From Flectonema sp. DT1601 (taxonomy: Eukaryota): a DNA stretch of 64,000 nt. Made by a program: the position numbers and the translations under genes. The stretch is taken from positions 62,001 to 126,000 of the forward strand of contig OZ025802.1 of assembly GCA_964019425.1 (NCBI GenBank), given 5' to 3'. The notes below the pieces were generated by a model. That model searched no databases, had not been told where the DNA came from, and worked only from the letters and a program-made list of their open reading frames with translations. Shown one piece after another: positions 46,081 through 56,845 of this stretch. Each line of letters starts with the position of its first letter. Position 1 is the first letter of the stretch.

Positions 46081-46690
46081 CGGCTCAAAAGAAAAAAAAA
46101 AATCTATAAAAAAAGAAGGTTTTATGGACCTTAACTTGACTACGCCGAGAGTTAGATTTCGGTAATTTGATTCTCAACTCAAATGATTTTATTATTCAGA
46201 AAATTGTTACAAAAATTCACAAATGACAATTCCAATGCTGTTTGATTTTGCAAACGAAAAACAGATGGGGGAAAGTTTTTTTTTATTTTATTTTCATTGT
46301 ATTATTTTTTTTCTCAAGATTTTCGACGGACCTTGTTGATTCCAGCTGAACGGCATGGGGAAAAAAAAAGAAAAAAAAAAAAAAATTCAACAAAAAGTTT
46401 TAAAAAGTCGATCTCTCAGCTGAGAACTGTATCTAAACATAAATAAAGGATACAACTACAACACAGCTGTGTGGTGTGTTGTGTAATAAATCCGAATCAG
46501 TGAACAATATAATAATTAAGTCTCAATAAAGAGTGACCCCACCTCTATTCAGCAATAGTCTCTCTTGTTAGTTGTTTTTTCAAAGATAGAAATAGGGGGG
46601 AGAACAAGAAAAAAAAAAAAAAGGGAAAGGGAAAGGGAAAGGGAAATAAAAACTGACCTTAAATAAAAACTAACGATTATCGCTGCTTCC

Positions 46691-48535
46691 CTAAGAGTCA
46701 TCAGGACAACTTTCTTTTGCAGGGAGTTGTTTTGATATTTTAACGAGATATCGACGAGTTTTTTCCGCCGTTTCGTAAACCTCATGGCATCCCATTGATG
46801 ATAAGTTGTCAACTATTTTTGCAGCAACTAAAGGAACACTTTTATTAATAGCGCAGGTGACATTCGTAACAAGTGCTCCCCCATCAGACAAGAAATGATA
46901 TAATAATATACTTTTGAGTTTGAGAGTGGAATCACTTCCAGACTTGATCCGCTTGGTCCTCTCCATGAGAATAGCATGATGGACAGGAATGCCATCGCTC
47001 AAAATTGATAATTGTTCTAAGAGGTGTTCAGGTATGACTGAACAGCGAAGTTGAAAAGTAACTTGAAAAAATATCGGAATCACAGGCTTTGTAAGTCTGA
47101 ATGTATTTGGTTCTTCTACATTACTCCAAACAGTTGTCTTTTTCATCCCGCTGCCGGGTTGGCATTCATTGTGAAATTGCACGGAAGAAAATATTTTCGG
47201 ATTTAATAATTCAGGATTCACATTACTTCCCATACAATACATTCCTTTATTTAATAAAAATATATATTTCAAAGATGCGTCACTGTGAGGATCAACATAA
47301 GGAACAGAATTCTCCTTAAGCTCGTCTTTAAAAGAGGACACGTTTACAAAAGCAGCAGCCATTGACAGCTGAGCTTGTGTTAGTATCGATCCAGACCTGC
47401 AGAGGCAGCAGTACAAAGCTCCGCCATGCATTAGAAATTTTAAGTTTTCCGGAGAAATAAAATCAAAACCACTCACCACTTTTGACTGCTCTTTCTTTGG
47501 TGCAGCAACAGGACACGATTTCGCAAAATTCGGAGGAAAGCGAACCTTACATTTGTTAGTTTCTGGTGCTTGGTGTGCTGCTTTGTAGGCTGCTGCGACA
47601 GCAACTTCCTCATGAGCCTTTTCGTCTAGTGTCCCATTGAGAGCTTCTCCAGCGAGTTTCGCCATTTGCATGTGTAGTTTAAAACAGTCTAAGCATAGTT
47701 TCTTATTACAATTCCGACATCCTCTATTTAATGTCTTACTACCACAGAGATAGCAGCTTGCAAGTCCTGGTCCCCAGTCGTGCATTTTTTCATCGGCACA
47801 TGCAGGCATGGCCATTGTTTTTTCTGGAGGTTGGTATCTGTTCTTTTTCTGATTTATGATCCTATTCAGAACTGTGTTTGAATTGACTGCGAATATTGGA
47901 TGCTGGTCGAGTAAGGAAATAATTTGATCAGCTTCGATGAATTCAGTCTTAACACCGTCCTCGAATTGTTGTGGTGCTTTCACACAGGTACAAAAGGCAC
48001 TCCATTGTTCTCTAGCAAGTTGAACTGATCCTTTCGTAGCAAACAGTTGTAGTATTACTTGAGATATTTCTTTGGCGTTTAGTTTTTTATTTTTGTGGGC
48101 GTCAAAGCAAGGCATGCACATTCGTTTATTACAAGTTTTGCATCCTCTATTAAGAATAGGTGCTTTATGACACTGAGAACAACTGGCAACACCAAGCCCC
48201 CAATCGTAATGACCTGATGTGTTTGCGTGACATTCCGGATATTGAAATAATTGTGAATGATTTCCTTCTCCAATTGAGAGTTTGGTGAATTCATCATCTC
48301 CCCATGACTTGCAACTTTTTAAACTTGGACTTCTGTCTTCTGATGAGAGTTTCGCACAAGGCGACATCATATTATCAATTTCGACACGAAGAACATCATC
48401 ATGACTTTCCGACTTCGAGACTGGATTCTTAACACAATTAAAACCAAACACTCGATGAAGACATAAAAATATTAAAAACAATCCAAAAACACCACCCGAT
48501 GACACCACAATAACAAGCAGAACCCCCCGATCCAT
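46691..48535 (-). CDS. N-terminally membrane-anchored protein with two Cys/His-rich zinc-binding-like modules
   Basis: TM segment after MDRG; two copies of DWGxGxASCxxC...LNRGCxxCNKxxCxxCFxxH; probable start at 48535 downstream of an acceptor near 48567. Confidence 0.75.
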   Translation of the reverse strand: MDRGVLLVIVVSSGGVFGLFLIFLCLHRVFGFNCVKNPVSKSESHDDVLRVEIDNMMSPCAKLSSEDRSPSLKSCKSWGDDEFTKLSIGEGNHSQLFQYPECHANTSGHYDWGLGVASCSQCHKAPILNRGCKTCNKRMCMPCFDAHKNKKLNAKEISQVILQLFATKGSVQLAREQWSAFCTCVKAPQQFEDGVKTEFIEADQIISLLDQHPIFAVNSNTVLNRIINQKKNRYQPPEKTMAMPACADEKMHDWGPGLASCYLCGSKTLNRGCRNCNKKLCLDCFKLHMQMAKLAGEALNGTLDEKAHEEVAVAAAYKAAHQAPETNKCKVRFPPNFAKSCPVAAPKKEQSKVVSGFDFISPENLKFLMHGGALYCCLCRSGSILTQAQLSMAAAFVNVSSFKDELKENSVPYVDPHSDASLKYIFLLNKGMYCMGSNVNPELLNPKIFSSVQFHNECQPGSGMKKTTVWSNVEEPNTFRLTKPVIPIFFQVTFQLRCSVIPEHLLEQLSILSDGIPVHHAILMERTKRIKSGSDSTLKLKSILLYHFLSDGGALVTNVTCAINKSVPLVAAKIVDNLSSMGCHEVYETAEKTRRYLVKISKQLPAKESCPDDS

Positions 48536-50287
48536 GTCGGTAGGAGGAGGGGGGGGTACAATCCGTCTGATTAAAAAAAGATTATAATTACAATATAAAG
48601 TAATCATTTCCTAAATCCAACATCCATATTTATAAATAGCCTCTTGACTGCTGTTTCAATAACTTTACACAACAAACAACAACTAAGTAATAATTATTAG
48701 GCAAGGTGATACATCAACACTGGTGGGGTAAACGGTGGGAAAAGGTAAAAAGATTATTATTTTTTTTTTTTTTAAATTTTATAATACTGCAGCTGTTAAG
48801 AACCTTATGTAGGGATGGTGAGGAGGAGGGTTGGATAAATTATGGGGAAAAAAAAAAAAAGAAAAAAAAAAAGAAAGCTAAAACACAAAAAAATACTATT
48901 TTATAAAAATCCTCTTTTTTTTTTTTTTAACTCATGTACACCCTAAACAGCACAACATACAATTCAAGAGAATAATTCACCCGAAGCAACCTACATAATA
49001 AATACTAAAGTTGCAGAACAGAATAGCTCGAAAGAAACAGCAGCTGTTCCTCGATTTCAACTCTCTCTTTATCAACCGTCTGTATAAGACAAGAACAGTT
49101 TATTCCGTCCCATCCCCTTTACTATTTAAAGTGGATTTATTGCCTTTGATCAAACAGAAGACTTGTGAAATAAGAAACCCTTACCAGTTAGATTCACTCT
49201 CAAAGAGATCTCGGTAGTGGTAAATTATATTTATTTCAAAAATGTACAACACGTCTCAAAGGGGGAAACAAAGAAAAGAAAAAGAAAAAAAAGGGAAACA
49301 AAACTCTTCTCCCATAAAGTTCAGTATGTGTGCCCTATGAAATGATGAACAAGTGCTTATCTCGAATTTTTTTTTTTCTCTTTTTTTTTTCTGTTTCTTT
49401 TATGCAGTAGACACTAATTATTCGGCTGTGAATAAAAAAAAAAAAAAAAAAAAACAGACCGTAAGAAGGCTTGAGGGGGGAAAATAAAAGAAGATAGAAA
49501 AAGACCTTATTGCTGCATTCCAAGAAGGAAAACCTTCGATATTCGTCCCAACCAAGGCTACTGGTACCCTGATACTGGGGAACAACTACATGTGCGTGAG
49601 CTTTATAAAAATGGTTCAAATACCCCCAAACTCATAAAAACAGTACAGGATAATTCCGTATTTTTAATAATAGATGAGAAAGACAAAAAAAAAAAAAAAA
49701 AAAGAAATTCCCCCATTTTATTTTAGAAAAACTTGCCTCCGTAGTGAAGAGCACGTAGCTCCCAAGCGGGATAGGAGGGAAGCAAGAAAAAAAAAGAAAA
49801 AAAAAATTAATGCGAAACGAACTTTGACGAAGGACAAAGCATTCCAATAAAAGATAGTGAAGGATCTCATTTTTTTGTTTTGCTTTTTTTTGTTTTGAAC
49901 TCAAGAATTTGGTTGAGCGAAACCAGAAATCCATAACTGAGTCACTGCCTCAGTAATATCCAAAAAAGATTAAACACAAGAAGGGCACGAGTTCACAAAT
50001 GTAACCTCTTCTGCACTGCTAACTACGACAATAATTATATCATAAGCACTACCAAAGTGTTAATCTAAGAGTAACTAATCGGGTCTACAAATATCAAAAG
50101 AAGAGAAAAGAAAAAAAAAGTAAAGTTCCGTTGCGATATTGAGCGAAATAATTGAAACAAAATGGGCGAGGGAATTCTTTTAAAAATAAAAATAAGGGAA
50201 TTTTAAAAAAAAAAAAAAAAAAAAAGAGGGTGTTGAGTGAAAATAAAGAAACCTTCTAAACGTTTTGTTTATTTATTTTTATTCAAT

Positions 50288-50329
<42 letters not shown>

Positions 50330-50615
50330 CCCCCTTTCCGTTATCACAAAAGCAGTCCAACACTTGTCGTGGACCACAGATTTGCTTGTTCAGCTGGATA
50401 ATTATTTTCTTTCTCAACTACTTTTTTTTTGTTTTTGTTTTTGACCCCAGTACGACCAGGTCATTAGCTTTCACTTTATTTAATAAAAGCGGTCTTCATA
50501 TGTAATGTTACAATATGGTAACTTCGAATAGAAGCATACCAACTACGGACAGCGAGTCTGCTCTCCTCTACTCACGTTCTCAAAAAGAAGGGGTCCCAGG
50601 TGAGATTTTTTTATT

Positions 50616-51905
50616 CTATTTGAAAACCTGAATGACATCTGCAATATCACCCCTACACATTGGGCACTGTGGGGCTTCGTTATCCTTTGAGTCTTTAATT
50701 AGAGCAACAGTACATTCTCCACAGATTGCAAGATGTCTACAAGGAAGGATAAGACAATCCTTTTCATTAGTCCAGCAGATAATACAACTACGATCCTCAG
50801 CATCAGTTGGGGTAACTCGAGGGTTTTCACCAACTTTTTTAAGAATTTCAGACTTCACGCTCTTCGATAATGATTGCCGTCCACTCATACTCGGATGTAC
50901 AGCTGCTGCTTGCTGTGCTGGTGGTTGTGGAGTAGGTTGCTGTGCTTGATACTGTTGTTGTTGAACTGGTTGGTATTGTGCATTCTGTTGTCTACTTGAT
51001 AGAGAATACACAGGAGGTTCTCTACTAAAGATGTCAATCATTTTTACAATCGCTAATTTCAAACTGCTATCCTCCCTCCAACGAGAAAAGTAATCTGTGA
51101 ACACATTACCCATCTGATCAACATGTCGATGACCAGGTTTAATTTGCATTCCCTCAGTTGGAACAACTCTAGCTTTTGGAATCCCATGATGTGGTATTGG
51201 ATAACCACGTACTACTGTAATAGCGACAGGGTAGTTATATTGAACGCTGTTGTACAAACATGGGACAGTTCCAACAAGAACTACCTCGCGATCGGCTCCT
51301 TCAACTTTTAGTTGTAGAGAACGATACTCTTCTAGTGCTTCAGTAACATCTCTGATAGCTCTCGGTAAGTTTTGATAAGCTGATCCTTTTGCAATTACTT
51401 CTTCATTGAAGAATGCGGCAACTCTACGCTCTTCATTCTGATCAACTGTAAATCTACGAGCAGGAGTAGCAGTAGCATTACTGCTACTACTGGTGTACAG
51501 TGGTGGTTCAGTATCAAAAGCTCTCTGTAACTCACACACTAATGTGTAAAGATCATATCCTGGTCTCCAATTCCTTGAATACGGTACTATAACAACTCCA
51601 TCAGGTCTCATCTCATATCCTTGTGCTCTAGTGTATGGTCTCATACTTTCGGTTGGAACAACTGCAACAGCAGGAGCAGATCTTGGATAATCAGCCATTC
51701 TAATTAATATCGGAGTGTGGTATTGCTTAAACTGATGTGTTGTCGGAATGGTTCCTTTCAACTCCATCGCTCCATCTCTATAACTCGGTAATAAAGATCC
51801 AGATACGTGTGTTAACAACGCCATTGTATGAGACCTACATGGTCCCTGTTGCCATCCCTCGAGTCTAGGGATTACCGCCTCTAGATGTGGTACTGCGGTA
51901 TTCAT
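50616..51905 (-). CDS. Tandem UEV (Tsg101/Vps23-type) domains plus C-terminal C3HC4 RING finger
   Basis: Two L.GT.P...Y..P.....YP...P...VVPT..M...G.V...Y...W......L...F..EPP.Y units; CIIC...LPCRHLAICGEC...CPMCR. Confidence 0.88.
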   Translation of the reverse strand: MNTAVPHLEAVIPRLEGWQQGPCRSHTMALLTHVSGSLLPSYRDGAMELKGTIPTTHQFKQYHTPILIRMADYPRSAPAVAVVPTESMRPYTRAQGYEMRPDGVVIVPYSRNWRPGYDLYTLVCELQRAFDTEPPLYTSSSSNATATPARRFTVDQNEERRVAAFFNEEVIAKGSAYQNLPRAIRDVTEALEEYRSLQLKVEGADREVVLVGTVPCLYNSVQYNYPVAITVVRGYPIPHHGIPKARVVPTEGMQIKPGHRHVDQMGNVFTDYFSRWREDSSLKLAIVKMIDIFSREPPVYSLSSRQQNAQYQPVQQQQYQAQQPTPQPPAQQAAAVHPSMSGRQSLSKSVKSEILKKVGENPRVTPTDAEDRSCIICWTNEKDCLILPCRHLAICGECTVALIKDSKDNEAPQCPMCRGDIADVIQVFK

Positions 51906-53374
51906 TTTATAGAGTCAAGTGGGAGGATTATTTTTTGTTCTATTTCCCTTGTTGAACTGCCAAGAGAAAGTGATACGGTGATACGGTTATGTGAATCCAC
52001 TCATTATCATAAAAAAAGGTAAACACCCCCCCATCAGGTTCCTGCAACCATCAAATGCTGTAGTAAAAAAAAATGGGAATTTTATAAAATTCTAATTCAT
52101 CCGCCAACAGCTAAATATATAAATAACCGAATTACTGAACTGAATATCATTACGTAGAAAAAAAAGAAAAACAAAAAACGACAACAACACCCACCTATTG
52201 GAATAGAGTACAGAGCAGGTGCTTTCTCCACCCTGGTATATACCCTGTTGCTTAAATAAGATATTGGTTGACATCGCTTTCAGCGTTTAGGAACGCAAAG
52301 AAAGCTACTCATAATATAGAAAGAAGAAAAACACTTCCATGAGCATTCAGAAACTTCCAAAACAGATACAACAAGTCACAAAGGGGGTGGTGGATAATAG
52401 TTATTTGTTATCCAGCATATAGGTAGCAGAAAGAAATTTCAAACCAACAAGAAAAACAAAAAAATATGTTCGGAAGCCTTAGAGCACCTCCTCTTCGCAC
52501 TTTACGTGTTTTCTCATTGACAATTACTTGAGAAAGAATGAAATACCTCAACAAAAATAAAACTAAACAAAACATATAGACGGGGGACACTCACACCCTT
52601 TCAGTTGAACCCCGTTGTGTTTAAATACTGTCTACGTATGTAAGGAAGCCACCTCATGAGCTTTTCCGTTTCCATTTTTCGGACATATCAAAAAAACTAC
52701 AGAGATGCTAATTACTAAAAATCAGCCGTGTCTTATTCGTCCGTTACTTACGCAGTTAAGTATTTAGTTTTTTTTTTTTTTTTTTTTGTATAATTTTATA
52801 CCAAAAAAGAAATAGAATAAAAACATAAAAACAAAAATATAAAATAATAATTTATTACTATTATTTTTTATTATAGGGCAACTAACCTACACCTGACTTC
52901 TCCAATGAGATTTTACAGAGCACTTTTAAAATGTATTTCTCTTTTCATCAGAACTCGGATGATGTAGAAATTTCGTTCCATCTTCAGTTCAACTTCAACA
53001 AAACAGGGTGTGCGAACTATCGACGTTTGGGCCTCTGTTTCATTTTTTTGCAGAGGATAAGAGAAAAAAACTTGCAGTGCATTATTGTTGCCGATAATTG
53101 AGCCAGTGCTAGTCAACTGGAAATGACCCGAGTGACTACCTGACTTCTATAAGGAATGTTGGCGCGTGAAACCAACGAACAAGACAAGAAAAAAAAGGTT
53201 TCAACAAATCTGAAAAAACACAAAAAAACAACAACAAAAAAAAAAAAAACTTAACAATATTATAAGACTTTTAAGAAAAGAAGGAAAAAAAAAAAAAAAA
53301 ACAACCTCAGTAGAACAGGGTTACCTTAACAAAAATAAAATAATAATAATAATAATAATAATTAGATCTCCAGC

Positions 53375-54904
53375 CTACAGATGATCAAGTTCATGTTCGA
53401 AGTCAATCAGCATTTTACTGGCCTCATTTACGGCTTCCTTGTACCTCCACTGAAGGTAGAGATAAATACAAACACCCATACTGGTAACAATAATCACAGC
53501 TGCTGCAATCATGACGGCTTGGTTGTCAGTGTCACGTCCAATATCTGAGTCTGCAGAACCATCAAGCGAAGGAGAGTCTGACTCTGTTGTCGAGTTGTCG
53601 GTTGTGTTGGCTACGACATCAGGAGCCTCAGTTGGTAACGTTGGATACGGAGTCGGAGATAGTGTCCTCGGTATTGGAGTAGAAACCACAACAGGAGTAT
53701 CCGTTTGTTCCGATGTTGTAACTAACCTTATTACCTCAGTAAGGCCATCTCCAATCTGAATTACTACAATGCAATTAACACTATTAATGTCCTTTTCTAA
53801 AGTAGTATCAAAACTACCAATAGGCTCATCAAATGACCCATTAAATTCTTTAACAAGAACTGAATTCATGATTAGAGAGGCTGGTTGCAGACGCACTCCA
53901 AACTTTTCCGAATATATTAGAATATTGTCGGCGGTTTGAACGGCATAAGAAACAAAGAATCCACCGTCAAAAGCCTGCAACCTATAATTTGATACAGTGT
54001 AGTTATCGGTTGAGGACACCATTGGAATATCATAAACGATTGTTCCGAATTCCGACATTATTTTAAAAAAATCACCATTATCACCTTTATACAGTATTCC
54101 AATAAGGTTGGGTGATGCGGAGACTGCTACTATGTGACCACTCGCTTCAACTAACGGGAGTTTCGGATGAACAGGAGAGACATACGTGTCACTCACCGGT
54201 TTTAATTTCGGCAACACCCACGACCCTCTTGCAATAGCAGTTTTACCAGACTTTTCATTAAAACCTTCGTAGATAACATGAATAAAATTTTCAGTAGCAA
54301 CAGTCCATGAGTTATTAGCATTACGTAGTGGTTCAGCAAGCGGTACAGTCGGAAACGTAAACAACGTCGTTACGTTGTAGAACGGAGCTGATTTTGCTTC
54401 CAATCGCATAGCACCAGAACCAATATCCTGAGTGACTATGTATGTTACTGGGGTTTTATTTGAATACCTTGCTGGTAGAACAGTAGCTTCAGCAATAAGA
54501 TATTTCCAGCTGTTTGGTTTTGACATTTTCGTATCGATGTGTGTGAGATTCGATGACAACGTTCGAGTGAGAACACCTTCATCACCACTTTTTGAACTTC
54601 CTTCTTCTATCCAAGCAGCTATAAATTGACCTTCCGATTGGATTGTGAGTCCAGAAATTGAATTACTTTCAGCTATTGGTATGCTATCTGCTGTGATATT
54701 TAATTGATCTAAAGTAAAAACAGTTCCATATGTTATTTTCCTACTGTCGTCTGGATCGTTTTCCCAGGTTGTGATGTATTGATAATCATCTGCTCCTTGC
54801 CATAGAGTTAATTTCCAACCTCCTATTCCATTTAGGATTCCAATCGTTTCTTGCTGAAATCCAGAGAGGACCATGCAGACACTTATCGCTGACACGATCA
54901 TCAT
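53375..54904 (-). CDS. Type I membrane protein: signal peptide, beta-rich ectodomain, Pro/Thr/Ser stalk, TM helix, short tail
   Basis: N-terminal hydrophobic stretch; TPIPRTLSPTPYPTLPTEAP; AVMIAAAVIIVTSMGVCIYLYL. Confidence 0.8.
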   Translation of the reverse strand: MMIVSAISVCMVLSGFQQETIGILNGIGGWKLTLWQGADDYQYITTWENDPDDSRKITYGTVFTLDQLNITADSIPIAESNSISGLTIQSEGQFIAAWIEEGSSKSGDEGVLTRTLSSNLTHIDTKMSKPNSWKYLIAEATVLPARYSNKTPVTYIVTQDIGSGAMRLEAKSAPFYNVTTLFTFPTVPLAEPLRNANNSWTVATENFIHVIYEGFNEKSGKTAIARGSWVLPKLKPVSDTYVSPVHPKLPLVEASGHIVAVSASPNLIGILYKGDNGDFFKIMSEFGTIVYDIPMVSSTDNYTVSNYRLQAFDGGFFVSYAVQTADNILIYSEKFGVRLQPASLIMNSVLVKEFNGSFDEPIGSFDTTLEKDINSVNCIVVIQIGDGLTEVIRLVTTSEQTDTPVVVSTPIPRTLSPTPYPTLPTEAPDVVANTTDNSTTESDSPSLDGSADSDIGRDTDNQAVMIAAAVIIVTSMGVCIYLYLQWRYKEAVNEASKMLIDFEHELDHL

Positions 54905-55060
54905 GTTAGGTGATCCGCTGGGGAATTAATAAATAAAGGGCAAACTAGTGTTTACTACACAAATAGTTTCAGAACTAACCATTCATTACAAAATCCAAAA
55001 TGGCTGGGGGACCCAAAAACTGTATATGGGATGCATCGAGACCCGCACCTGTCTTTAAGA

Positions 55061-55141
55061 GCGGATGTGGTTCAGCGGAGGGAGCACTGACTTTGGATAC
55101 CCGACGCCCAGGCTCAATCCCGACCAACGTCATTTTTTTTT
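55061..55141 (+). other. Degenerate tRNA-like sequence (A box, B-box-like motif, oligo-T) inside the MULE
   Basis: TGGTTCAGCGG with a pairable D stem, CT-TTG-GA loop, GGCTCAATCCC, then T-run; anticodon and acceptor stems do not pair. Confidence 0.5.
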
Positions 55142-55167
55142 CACCGGATTTTTTCACCCAGAATAGG

Positions 55168-55655
55168 TATTAAGCTGGGGTATAGTGCAAGGGGGGGGCT
55201 TGCGTTCCGCCAAGAACTTGGCGGAACGCAAGCCCCCCCCCCAACCCCCCCCAAGGGGGGGGAGCCACTAATAAAAGCCAACCCCTCCCGTACAAAGTCT
55301 GCCTGTCCGTACAAAGTCCAACCTCAAAAAACAAATTTGCTACTAATGGATATTAAGCTGGGAAGAGTGCAAGGGGGGCTTGCGTTCCGCCAAGTTCTTG
55401 GCGGGACGCAAGCCCCCCCCCCAACCCCCCCCAAGGGGGGGGAGCCACTAATAAAAGCCAACCTCCCCTGTACAAAGTCCAACCTGAAAAAACAAGTTTG
55501 CTACTAATGGATGTTAAGCTGGGGAAGAGTGCAAGGGGGGGGCTTGCGTCCGCCAAATTCTTGGCGGGACGCAAGCCCCCCCCCCAACCCCCCCCAAGGG
55601 GGGGGAGCCACTAATAAAAGCCAACCTCCCCGTACAAAGTCCAACCTGAAAAAAA
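55168..55655. repeat. Three tandem units of about 145-185 bp, each with a long GC-rich palindrome and C/G runs
   Basis: GGGGGGGCTTGCGTTCCGCCAAG-AA-CTTGGCGGAACGCAAGCCCCCCC followed by Cn-AA-Cn-AA-Gn; units start near 55168, 55351 and 55512. Confidence 0.92.
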
Positions 55656-55742
55656 AATCAGGAAAAAAAAAAAATGCCCTCACCCAGGATCGAACTGGAC
55701 GGTTTACAGCCATTTTGGATTTTGTAATGAATGGTTAGTTCT

Positions 55743-56591
55743 AAATACCCTCCTGGGATGGAAAGAGCCGACGAGATACGGATAGCGAACTTCCGGACAG
55801 GATGTCACCCGCTAATTCAGAACTGGCGCAAGAAAATCGACTGCCCATTTTGTGGCGAACCGTCCTCACAGGTTCACCTGCTGCAGGGATGTCAATCTCC
55901 CAAACTCGACTCGGCCAGGTTCAAAATCCTGGGCTTCTCAACACTGACCGGCAAGTGGGATCGCGATCGAGAACTTATTATTGCCAACGAAATTCCTAAC
56001 CTTGAAGCTCTCTTCACTTTGGCGTGGCTTCCATCACTCGCGTTGATCATAAGGTGGATGGAACAGACATCTAACCTTAGACTTTGGAAGTAATGTAGGT
56101 GACATGTAGTCGCCAATATCAATTTGTTATTATTTTTAGTATTTTCATCATTATCAATCATCTCCTGGTTGGGTAACTGCACATCACCTTCGGTGTTGTC
56201 GCAGTGTCTCTTCCAACACTCCTGTCTCCTTTTTCTCCTATTCTCCTTATAAATTTCTCTTGAGGGCAGGCCTTCGGGCTGTTCAAGTGGTCTTTGACCA
56301 CCGCTCTAGTTATATGCTCGATTCTTTGTTTTTTCCTTATCGATGGTAGGAATGGTAACCGAATTAGCTTCGTGTGTCCAATTTCAAGGACGCGTGACCA
56401 TTTATTTTTCCGTTGCCGCTCTTCTTACGTCCTCAGGCGGAGCCTACCTATGTTTCCCGTGTTTTCCAATTTGTCAGACTTAAGTCAAAAAGAAAGTATA
56501 AAAGAAAGACAAAACAAAGAAGTGAAAAGAACAAAAACAAAGAGTTTGGTAGCACAGACGAGTGTAACCAAAAAAAAAAAAAAAAAAAAAA
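55743..56591 (+). mobile_element. 5'-truncated non-LTR retrotransposon (I/ingi-like C-terminal CCHC end, 3'UTR, poly-A)
   Basis: RADEIRIANFRTGCHPL...CPFCGEPSSQVHLLQGC, stop at 56093; A-tail from about 56570; TSD AGTTCT (55737-55742, 56592-56597). Confidence 0.8.
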
Positions 56592-56604
56592 AGTTCTGAA
56601 ACTA

Positions 56605-56845
56605 GGGGTAAGTACAGCGCAGTGGTATAACTCTCGCCCCGGAGCTGGGTGATCGCTGGTTCGATCCCCTGCCACTGCAATAACCCATCGCGTCCGTACA
56701 CGCAATTAGTTCAAATCCCGCACCCGAAGGGCGTCCAGGGTAGGCACCTGGTTGACTCTCCTACGTTAAGACTGGAGGGAAGGGAAAATGGAAGGATTTC
56801 CATAAAGAAGCCAAGAACACAAAAAAAAAAAAAAAAAAAAAAAAA
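56605..56845 (+). mobile_element. tRNA-derived SINE
   Basis: A-box-like CAGCGCAGTGG, B box GGTTCGATCCC, unrelated body, poly-A tail, TSD AAACTA (56599-56604, 56846-56851). Confidence 0.78.

Noticed and set aside
7563..50531. ACTTCGAATAG found three times in 3' intergenic regions (7563, 15721, 50521)
   Set aside because: Three copies of some AT-rich 11-mer in 64 kb can arise by chance; no shared flanks; needs a genome-wide enrichment test
50616..51905. Annotation as canonical Vps23/Tsg101
   Set aside because: No coiled coil or steadiness box; has a second UEV and a RING instead
55061..55132. Functional tRNA-Gln(TTG) gene
   Set aside because: Acceptor, anticodon and T stems do not pair properly, and it lies inside a transposon
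56605..56685. Functional tRNA gene
   Set aside because: No complete cloverleaf; continues into a body with poly-A tail and TSD, i.e. a SINE
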